64,000 nt of DNA from NCBI GenBank assembly GCA_013265495.1, contig MU058531.1, forward strand, positions 3,038,911 to 3,102,910. The letters run 5' to 3'. Shown here in pieces: positions 53,875 to 64,000 of this stretch; the stretch's first letter is position 1; each line of letters begins with the position of its first letter. The notes below the pieces were generated by a model that was not told the DNA's origin, ran no database searches, and saw only the letters and a list, made by a program, of their open reading frames with translations. Origin of the DNA: Vicugna vicugna. Lineage: Eukaryota. Made by a program: the position numbers and the translations under genes.

Positions 53875-53982
53875 GAAGAGAACCATGTTTCAAAAAATTG
53901 TTGATGCCTGTGAAAAAATGGAAACTGAAGAAGAAGCCATCAAATACGTAACCATTGATCCAACCAAAAAGGAGATTATTAT
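53875..53982 (+). CDS. PDE6C: PDE6C exon 17 (108 nt)
   Basis: tttAG|(K)[35 protein letters not shown](M)|GTGAGT. Confidence 0.96.
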
Positions 53983-54073
53983 GTGAGTCGTCAGAATTTT
54001 ATTCCTCCTTTGGCAAAAATAACTTGTTTGGTGTTTTTTTTTCTATTTTAACAATTTTTGTTTTCTTTCAAAG

Positions 54074-54137
54074 GGCAATGATGATGACTGCGTGTGACTT
54101 GTCAGCTATAACCAAGCCCTGGGAGGTACAAAGTCAG
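54074..54137 (+). CDS. PDE6C: PDE6C exon 18 (64 nt), followed by a GC donor
   Basis: caaAG|(M)[27 protein letters not shown]; joins in frame to [14 protein letters not shown]. Confidence 0.92.
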
Positions 54138-56275
54138 GCGAGTATTTCTCCTTTTCTATCACACCTCAGGCACTGTCTAGGTAGGTCCCATGTGAAAATA
54201 AACATGAAGGTATCTGGCAACCTCAGAATTTTATTATAGCCATCAATTACATGACTGTATATGACTACATTTTAAAAGGAATTAATCTTCCATTACCCTG
54301 GACTTGTCCTCTGAAACAATCGGTTTATAATTTACAAAGAAGAAAAAAGGAACTCAAGAAGTTAATACAAAAGTACAATGTTCCCTGTTGGGTTTCTGTT
54401 AATGAAGAAAAGCAAACAGCTTTCAAGAGCTCACAAATGCCAGTAAAACAATAGGTCATTCGGTGCAGGTCCCAGAACAAGGCAAATAGAGGGAGCCTTA
54501 GAAAGAAAATGCTTTCTGAAAAGAACTCCTGTATCATTGGAAGGCTGTGAAAAGTTTATATAAAATTATTCAGAGTGTCTGCATTTTTAATAGAGGGGAT
54601 AAATGAGCACACGATGAGGATGAATCATTTGTGCCTTCCTCTATCAAGGGTGGTTTTGCTTCTACAATCTTTTCTTCTGTGTGCTGTCAGTTATTAGAAG
54701 GCACTGTCTGAGTTTATGTTTAAGGGTGTCTTCCAAGGAAGTTCTTCCCCAACCCTGGGGAGTGAGAGCAGGGAGCCATTAGTTTACCACATGATTTACT
54801 ACTAATGGATGAAAGAAGCTTCTCTTTTTTCCTGTTAATTCGTAGGGAAAATTCTAAGCAGAAGAGAGGCCAGACCTCACTGGGTTCAACTATAAATGTG
54901 GATTGTATCGTAAATTGGAACCATCAAGTCTAAACCAAAAATACTTGTGCCCCTCCCTGCTGACATGCCTCTCTTCCTCCTCAGTTCTTCATCTACACAG
55001 TCACCCAGGGTCCTCACGCTTGAGGCCATCTCCCCCACTTCACAACTACTCACGTCTGTCGCTCTTGCTGCCGTCTTAGTTCGGACTTTCCCTCTCTCAT
55101 CAGAACCAGGCGGCACGTCCTAAGTGGTCCTCTCATCACTCACCCCCCAACCTTCCTCTGAGCTGCTGCTGGGACTGCTTATAATAGCTTTGTTTGGCCA
55201 CTGCATTGCGTAAAAGCCTTCTAAACTCCCCACTGACGGAGGTTTTCAACTTTTTTTAAAGAAAGAAGCAAAGTCTATTTTCCCCCCACAAAAAGTTGCA
55301 CAAAATCACTTTTGTATAAAAGAAAAAAGCAGTTGCTTTAGTTTAAATCTCTCTTGGCACCCACCTTTTTGTGCCACTAGTGCACCCTGGAGGGAGCCTA
55401 GGGCTCAAGGAATAGAACCAATGGTCCAGAGAATCAAGTCAAACTTCTCAGCAAAGCTCACATGGCCTGTCACTATCTGCCTTAACTCACACTTCCCAGC
55501 TTCTCTTCACTCCCGTGTCACTGCCTCACACTCTAAGCTCCGACTGACATAAGCTCTGGATGTTCCATTTTATCTCTGCAGTCTTCCCCTCCTCTTTCCT
55601 GGCAAACTGCTATTCATCCTTGATGCTACAGCATAAGTGCAGCCTCCTTTATGACATTTGTCTTCACTCCCTTCCCACTGATCCACAGCAGCTCATGCTA
55701 TTACTGTTGTAGCACTTAGTACATTGTTTACATGACTGTCTTCACCAGACTGTGAGCATCTCCAAGAAAAAGGTCACATTTTACTCCTCTTGGCAAGCCT
55801 GGCATCAGGCAGCTAGCCAGGTTAGTTCAATAACCTTGATAGATACTTTTTTAAAAAACTATATAAACTAACTCAAATATCCTCACACCATCATCAGGAT
55901 CAGGTAAGTTTGCATTCTAATCTGTATGTGCGTGCATGCACGTGTGTGCACAAATACTCATGCAGATACACGCTAGATGCTAAGAGGTAAGCAGGGCAAG
56001 AGGAGGACTTGGGAAGTTTGAGCCTGAAGTGTAAGGCAGTGGACTGAGACATGCTCCCATCTCTCCTTTTCACTGTTGAGAGGTAGTGGCGACAGCAAAC
56101 AGGAGACAGGCACTCCCAGAATGAGTCTACTACACTGAAGTAGGAAGAGAAATCCCCCTTCCCATTTCAACATAATCTGTAAGTGACATCTTTTTAAAAC
56201 CAAAGAGCATATGGTATGACAACACCTCAGGCATTAATTATAAATTCCATCCTTAAATGTCACTCATACTAATAA

Positions 56276-56422
<147 letters not shown>

Positions 56423-56522
56423 TAAAAATACACTACTTATTAAGAATTACCAATACAAATCAGTCTATTTTGTTCATTCAATCTTAGAAAACTATCTTTA
56501 AAGAATTTATTTCTCTTTCTAG

Positions 56523-56606
56523 CCTATGATGGACAGAAACAAAAAAGATGAACTACCTAAACTTCAAGTTGGATTCATTGATTTTGTCTGTACTTTTGTA
56601 TATAAG
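56523..56606 (+). CDS. PDE6C: PDE6C exon 20 (84 nt)
   Basis: tct[36 protein letters not shown]; contains the invariant substrate-binding Gln (QVGF). Confidence 0.96.
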
Positions 56607-56981
56607 GTAAGTACACAAACTGATAATTTAAGTGAAACATATAATCTTCTGGATGGGAATTTTTCTTTCAAACTGTAACCAAAATCAAAGTCACCCACGA
56701 GGAAAACCATTAGTGGTGTCCTTGCTTCTGCAAAGAAGTGTGAGGTATTACCCTAATCTCATTCAGGGGTGGAATGAAAGGTGAGAGAACTTGGACATGA
56801 GCAAATCAAATAGACTTACTTAGGTGGGCAGGAAAGATGGCAGCACATATCCCATTTCCAAGGCGGAGTTAATCTCATCCTAGCAGCTCTGAGTGCCATA
56901 ACACTTTCCTTCTCTGCATATGAAAAGTACTGAAAATCAATGATATGATTTAAGTAGTTTCTGACTTAAAATTCTCTCTAG

Positions 56982-57138
56982 GAGTTCTCACGGTTTCACA
57001 AAGAAATCACACCTATGCTGAATGGTCTTCAGAATAACAGAGTGGAATGGAAAACCTTAGCTGATGAGTATGACGAAAAGATGAAGGTACTTGAAGAAGA
57101 GACGAAAAAGCACGAAGAAGGAAATACGACTGAAAAAG
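56982..57138 (+). CDS. PDE6C: PDE6C exon 21 (157 nt)
   Basis: tct[54 protein letters not shown](A)|GTTAGA. Confidence 0.93.
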
Positions 57139-59016
57139 GTTAGATGGACTCAAAGTCAAGCAGAGCTTAATCTCCCATGACAAAAGCATAAAAAATCAAT
57201 GCAAACGGGAAATATGCTTTACTGTACACACACTGGTAATTACAGGTTGATTAGTGCTTTTCAGGTCCCCCCTCCCCCTAAACAAGATCTTACTTATAAT
57301 TCCAGATGCAACTGGCCCAGTTGAAGTAGGGGTTAGGTTTCCTCATTCGCTCTAGAAGGTGACTCCTGAGGTACCACTGCAGGATACTGAGTTTTCAGAA
57401 ATAGTATGAAAACCATAGAATCAGTGGGATCAGGGTTAGGTGAGAAAACAATTTTAGTCGCGACACAATGCATTAGCTGTGAGACTTTGGCAACTTGCTT
57501 AACCTCTCTGAGCTTAATGTTCCTCTCCATACAATAAGAAGGTTTTACAGATCTCCAGTCTCACTTTCAGACCTAAGGAAGCCCTCCATGTAAAGTGGCC
57601 AGCTTAACAGGTACCCCAGGACTTTGTCTTTGCCTCAGATGTCTCTACACAGCGCTGTTTTTTCTGATGAAACTTCTACTCCTAAAGTCAGTCTGCTAGG
57701 TTTAACATAATCTTTAGAAAGCCTCTGCTAAGATGCTTAGGATCACCTATTAGTTCATCAAATGACTCAGATGTCATCTAGAAAGTGGAATGCTAATATG
57801 ACTTCGAGAGAGCTCAGCATTCAAAAGGTTTTGTAAGAAATTGTTTAACAAACCATTTGTCTCTCTCTGAAAAGGCCTTGTAAATAACTGGTTCTATTGT
57901 GTTTGGAGTTATTTTAAAGAACTCAGGAGAAAGCATTTTGCTTAAAGGGTTAAGAATATCCTAAAACAGAATGAAAATGGACTTCCTGGCTCCTTGACAC
58001 CCATCCACTTACATATTTTGGGGTGTGTATTCTGTACAAAGCCTTGTGTTATTACGCAGGCCCTTGGGAAAGATGGGGCCCTTATCTCAAAAAGTTTACC
58101 ATCTGGTGGAGCTAGACATTAAACCAACAAATGAACCATTGGTTTTCTATGACTATCAGAGGAAGCATGAGGCATGAACCTGGGCATCAGGGAAGGCTTT
58201 CCTGAAGGGGCTTCGCTTAACTCTGAGGACAGTAAGCTTTGCCGAAGCAAAGAAAGGAGGAGTTGGAAAGGAAGGGAGAGAACAGAATATACACAAAGGC
58301 CTTGAAGTGGACAGAAGCTTGGCGCAACTGAAGAACTCAAAAACTGGTGAAGCTGGAGTCTAGTGAGTAAGGAGAGCAAGGTACCAATGACACTGGTGAT
58401 GCAGGCGGCTCTGCCAGGTGTGCTGTCTTGAAGGCCCCTAGAGAGCACTGGGGAGTCATTCAAGAGATTTAAACAGAAAATAAGATCTGATTTGCACTTC
58501 AAAAAGATAACAAAATGCTCATTTTTTACTGAGCAAGTGAAAAGCAAAGGTATTTCTCAGTACGATTAAATTTAATCTTTATCTCAATTTTATGGTAAAC
58601 AGGATATCAAGCGCTTTAGTATTCAGTGTATTGGATATGGGTCTGCTATATTTTATTTGCATAAAAAATTACTTCTGAATTTTTTTCTTGCTACAGTGAG
58701 AACTCTCTGAACTAAGAACATTATTTTATCTCCAGGCAACAAGCTTTGTGCCTGGCACAAAGCAACAACTCAGATTCCTGGATTCCATAGTTCAGTGGTT
58801 CTCTTGAGAAACTGAGATGTTAACTGGCTAATCATTTATTAGATTTTATTTTTTAAATGGACCAATTCAAGTTTTTAAATGGTCAAACCTTTAGTACTTG
58901 TTATAGGTTAAAACTATTAATTAGGCTATAAAGTTACACTAATGTCATGAGTGTATTAAACCAAAAACACTATATCCATTGGCTCCCAATAATATTGCTT
59001 TTTTCCTTTTTACTAG

Positions 59017-59078
59017 CTGCAGAAGATACAGGAGGTGGTGGTGATGACAAAAAATCCAAAACATGTCTAATGTTGTAA
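59017..59078 (+). CDS. PDE6C: PDE6C exon 22 coding part (62 nt incl. TAA)
   Basis: actAG|(A)AEDTGGGGDDKKSKTCLML*; CaaX ending in Leu (geranylgeranylation type). Exon lengths sum to 2586 nt = 861 aa + stop. Confidence 0.95.
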
Positions 59079-59258
59079 TGCAATCCAACTGGTCCCAATT
59101 TCAAATATTACCAAGTCTGAAGAAAAAAACATTTAAAAGAACTTCAGCAAATTTCATTCAGCAAACCATCAAGCAACAGAGTAAGAGACTCTTCAGAAAA
59201 GTTACCCTTGTGACTATCATGAGAAAATATATTGCTAGCCTGAAAGCCCTGAGGGTAA

Positions 59259-59264
59259 AATAAA
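59259..59264 (+). terminator. PDE6C: Probable PDE6C polyadenylation signal
   Basis: First AATAAA ~180 nt after the stop codon, with T/GT-rich sequence downstream. Confidence 0.6.
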
Positions 59265-59385
59265 GTTCAACAAAAGTGCAAAATAAGACAAAAGTAAGTG
59301 CATTTTTGGTGCCAATTTGTTTTAAATTAAAAACAATATAGTCCTGAAACTAGTCACCAATTTTTTTTTTAAAGTTCTCAGTAAC

Positions 59386-59765
59386 TGTAGTCATTGATTA
59401 GGGCTACTATAACAAAACACCCCAAACTGAGTGAATTCAACATTTTTCTCACGGTTCTGGAGACCGGTAGTCCAAGATGAAGGTCTTGGCAGGGCTGGTT
59501 TCCTATGAGGCCTTTCTCCTTGGCCGGTCAATGGCCATCTTCTCCCTGTGTCTTCACATGGCCTTGGGTCTTCCCTCCTGTCTGTGTCCTAATCTCTTCT
59601 TACAAGGACACCAGTCCTACTGGATTAGGACCCACTCACATGACCTCATTCTAGCTTAATTACCTCTTTCAATGCCCTATCTCCAAATAACAGCCACTTT
59701 CTGAGGTACTGGGGTCAGGATTTCAACATACAAATTTTAGATGGGACACAATTCAACCCATAACA
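59386..59765. mobile_element. MaLR solo LTR (MLT1-type) between the PDE6C and FRA10AC1 3' ends
   Basis: tagggctactataacaaa...tctcacggttctggag...gtcttcacatgg...gacacaattcaacccataaca. Confidence 0.85.
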
Positions 59766-62754
59766 TTAATAATCATGATTCACACCTCATATCCCTTCCT
59801 GAACTAAAAATCTCTCTTCAACATGTCTTAATGTAAGAGTAAATACAGTACAGAATGATGTATAATGTAAGCAAATACTATATAAGAAACAATGGAAAAG
59901 GATGTTAAATGTTTTTCCGTCTGAAATGCTTATCTCTTTCCTCTACTTTTTACCCTTGATAATGAAACAGTGAAGACCACACCACTTTTGCAGCTTAACA
60001 CTGTCACCATCCTAGGCCAATACTTCCCCCCAAGTCTGAAATCAATTTTATGTGTAACTAAGGATATATTCTTACATTCAGAAATATTATTCTCATTGAA
60101 AGAATTATCAGTTTATAAGACAGTACCTGGATAATCCTAATGCAAGTTAACTCAGCTAATAAATATTCTGCAATATTAAGAAGCATGTGATTTGAGTATG
60201 TGACAACTTTACTATCAAAAGCAGTTTAGGACTTCAACAGAGATTACTTTAAAAAAAAGATTACTAGAACTATCCACCAAGCATTCTAAACACTGACTTG
60301 TCAAGAGAAACTAAAGATGATCAACTACTTCTACTTACACAGTACATATCCGAACATCAGAGAAACTTAAAATTTCTTTCTTTACTTATCTATGACAGAC
60401 CAAATTAGAAAAACAGACCAAATGTTAATACCATAGATTTTCGTATAAAATATATCTAAATTATAATAGACTGACAATCTATGCACCCCAGATGTTTTGT
60501 TATACAGAAGATAGTGTTCAATTTTAAGCAGCTGATAAATCACCATTTGCTATATTTTTACAAGTAAGTTAGGTACTTAGAATCATGAGATTGGTCCTCT
60601 CACATTAGAATGTAAAGGCCATGAGAGGAAAGATTTGTCTATTTTTGTCATGTTTTGTTCACAGTTCTATGCTCACACTTAGGGTAGGGCCTGGCACAAG
60701 GTAGGCACTCAGTAAACATGAATGAATAATATTTTTAATAAATGTCATAACAAACAGGCATAAATGAGGAGTGCCTGAAAGTAAAGTATTTTTAGGGAGG
60801 AAAAAACTCAATATACACACCCAAATGAATGTTGTCTATGTAAGTCATCACTTGGGTGATACATGTACATCATATTTCCATTGCTTAAAATAGTTCTGAA
60901 ACTCTGCTTCTAGGATTATTTTAGAAACTGTATGAAGAAACTTTGTTCCTTTAGCCTTATGTAATTTCAGACCCCAAAATACCAGCTCAAACAACTTCCC
61001 CTTCTTATTCATTAGAAAATGAACTGAGGGGTAGAGATGGGCCAGCACTGAAGGTCTGCAAAAGTAGGAACTCTGCTTAAGAGCAAGTATAAGAAAGCAT
61101 GACTTCATATCCCAAACCAGAGATAGGTCTGTTGGAGGGCTAATCTTTAAAGTCATCATCTTGAAGCCTTAAAGACTCCATTAAAATGACTCCCATTACC
61201 TGCCGCTGTGTAAGAATGGATTAAATGTTATTAGATAAAATGATCTAAATTTATAAATGAACTTGAAGTCCATAAACCATACCTGCAACACCAAATATAT
61301 GGATCTATTTTAAAAGGATCCTTAAATATTCTTCCTAGCCATTGCTTAATTTTGCAGGAATTTTCTGATGACCACTAAACTGTAAATATATTTTTATCAT
61401 AAAAATGTTTTAGCAACGTATATTTTATTACTAGTATCAGTTTTGCTGTTGGACATTTCAACATTTTTTCCTTAGAAATCAAGATTCTTTTTTATCCACT
61501 AAAAGTAGTGAGCCGAAAAAAACAACAAGCATTGTTAACTTATTTGTTGGTTAATAAACCAACACTGATTTACTGTTTTCTGACAGTTCAGAAATGATTA
61601 CATAACTGTTTCCTAGACAGTGCCCCACACATAATAGAAGCCTGATAAATATTTGTTTAATTAATAACTGTTTAATAAAAGGAAAATCTGATACTATTTT
61701 AAAACATGAGATTATAGTTACCTGTTTTGCAATTTTACGTCAATCAAGTTAAAAATGTCATTTAAAATAGTATATCTTTAACAAAATAATTGGAATCTAC
61801 AGGTCCTCTCTTACTCACCAAATCATGTATCTTCTCCTGTAGCCATCTCTTTGCTCTTTATAAAAATGGGTCTGACCTTTCGAAAAAAATCAATGAATCC
61901 TTTTGAAAATTTGATGAAAACTATAGACCTTTTCCCTCAAAACACAATCACAGAAGTTTACACACAGATTCTAGGAGTGTTTAGATTTCCTGACGCATGT
62001 CAATTGACTCTTGGAGGGGGTTACGGATCCCAATTAAGACATTACATTTTATAATATATTTCTGCATATAAGTGTATCCACATCTGTATGCTTGAATCTG
62101 AGAAACTATGCAAACAGTATTGTTCAGTTACATTACGTTATTGCATGAACTTTTGTGAACATGTCTGCTGTTTTAGACTATTGGGATCTCATTCGGCCTC
62201 CTGTAGTATTAATTTACTTTGTAAGTTAGCCATACACTGGGGAATCAAATTATAACAAACTCCCTTAAGTGGCAGAGGCGAGAAGGAAGCAAGAGAAGTG
62301 TAAGGGAAAAAAAGGCAGCTAAATAGGTACTCAAAAGAGGGCTGCTAGTGTATCAAAGGAAAGGAAAGAAGCTGAAGACATACTTAACCTACTTTATAAT
62401 TTTGTGAGACCACAATAATCCTAATAATTTAAACTGAGGCAAGGGAAGATAAATGTGAATCAGCAGGGAAAAAAAAACCCCGTAAAATATAGGGACAGTC
62501 GATCTCTGTATAGTGTACTAGTACCATCCACTAGGAGCAGATGAAACAGTCATAGATAAGCAATTGAAAAGAGATAAGGGACAGGGAAAGTGTCTCCAAC
62601 AGAACTGGAAACTTCCAAACCATCTGACATCCTGAGTGTAGCTGGATTTTTATTTCCAAAGAGAAACCACTCAAGTTGCAACTTGTAGATAAAACTTCTG
62701 TGAAAAGTTCAAAGTATACTTTCACATTAAAGAATGTAGGCATCTCTCTTTATC

Positions 62755-62797
62755 TCACAGAAATAAATCTTGAAAATATTCATCAAATTCTTCTTCC
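62755..62797 (-). CDS. FRA10AC1: FRA10AC1 last coding exon
   Basis: Minus strand tttttcttttaaatAG|G GAA GAA GAA TTT GAT GAA TAT TTT CAA GAT TTA TTT CTG TGA = EEEFDEYFQDLFL*, the recognisable FRA10AC1 C-terminus; matches known synteny (convergent with PDE6C). Confidence 0.88.
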
Positions 62798-63369
62798 CTA
62801 TTTAAAAGAAAAATTGTACATATTGATTAAAATCAACAGAGAAAAAAATTAGATGAGATTAATAAAAATATTAATAAAAATAAAAGTTTAATCTAACATA
62901 TTTGCTGATTCTTTTATATCTCAGTATATCTCATGATTCAGCTAATAATTCTTGGCTTCTAAAATAATCATAACTATACCCAGACTGATTAAATTAAAAA
63001 TGTTGTATATGTTAGTACCTCTCCCTAAACATTTTTTACCAAAGATTTTACTTTGAAGTACTTTGTGAAATGTCATTGCTTCTCTTAACTTTTTGGTTGA
63101 CTTTATAACTTACTCTGTTCATCCTCATTTCAAATTATAGTCTGATCAAAAAGTGAATGGAAAAGAAACTAAGGAAAAATATAACTTACTCCTAGGAACA
63201 GGGAAAATTTGCTTTTATTACTCTGAGAATAATACGTATTTGCAGCAGTAAAGATTATATCTAAAACAAAGAACACAACTCTGAAAGGAGATATTAAATT
63301 AAATTATAATGTGTTAAAATAATATGAAAATTGCAAAGTACTAAATAAATACTAGTGCTAGGAGCCAGA

Positions 63370-63540
63370 GTGATACAGTGGAAATAGCACAGGTTTTCAA
63401 GTCAGACAGTGTTTAAGTCCTAGCTCTGTCAGTTATTAGCTGGGTGAGCAAGTTATTTAACTTCTCTGGGCTCAGTTTCCTCATCTATAAAATGAAGAAC
63501 ATTACATTTCCTCACAGAGGTGTTGTAAGGACTGAATGTA
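63370..63540 (+). mobile_element. MIR SINE
   Basis: gcaagttatttaacttctctgggctcagtttcctcatctataaaatg core. Confidence 0.8.
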
Positions 63541-64000
63541 TACGCAGTTGCTTTTCTGACTCTGGGAATCAAGTTGGACAAATTCTGTCTACCAGTCTCT
63601 TTAGAAAATGTTCTTTTAGATCAGAGATTCACAATGGGACCCCATCATTTGGTTTTAAATAACTGTGAATGCATAAAGCTATCACAACCCGTTCAAATTT
63701 TTAAAAAATTAAAGAATTAGATAAAGTTGATTTAAAAATTATCTGTAGTTTGGTATTCTCCATGCTACTGTCCCTCTTCTCTAACATGATAGCAAAATGC
63801 AGTAGAATTGTTAAATTATAGTAAGAACTTAAATATATGAAATTAGCTGAATCTCTGTGTAGACTTAGATGTTAGTAACTGATGTCAAGTTTTTATAAAG
63901 TCACAAACGGTTCTGGATTATGAAACCCCTCTTAGGATTTACTCATTTATCTTTACTATCAAAAAAGGTGACTTGACTCTAAGACCTACTCTGTCATTTT

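Noticed and set aside
55924..55951. Alternating purine-pyrimidine tract (Z-DNA potential)
   Set aside because: Short degenerate microsatellite of a kind common in mammalian introns
61813..61842. Minus-strand GTGAGT donor in the FRA10AC1 3' region
   Set aside because: No convincing polypyrimidine acceptor to define an exon

Overview
Mammalian genomic DNA, probably camelid (inferred from several copies of a tRNA-derived SINE and from the L1 3' ends). It covers the RBP4-PDE6C-FRA10AC1 locus. At the far left are the RBP4 promoter and non-coding exon 1 on the minus strand. The complete cone phosphodiesterase gene PDE6C lies on the plus strand: 22 coding exons, 6169-59078, 2586 nt, 861 aa, with an intact frame, GAF-GAF-PDEase architecture and a C-terminal CLML CaaX box. 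The last coding exon of FRA10AC1 is on the minus strand at the right. The introns hold ordinary L1, SINE, MIR, MaLR/ERV LTR and hAT MITE relics. The most unusual items are: (1) a ~208-bp, ~90% identical inverted repeat in intron 7 that I could not match to a known TE, in which transition mismatches favour G.U pairing on the sense RNA; (2) a GC splice donor after exon 18; (3) a degenerate copy of the 5'UTR/start-codon segment in intron 1; (4) a candidate stop-containing cassette exon in the last FRA10AC1 intron; (5) an L1 fragment flanked by a 40-bp duplication. No prokaryotic-type system (CRISPR, operon) is present. Repeat family names come from recognition only and their boundaries are approximate.
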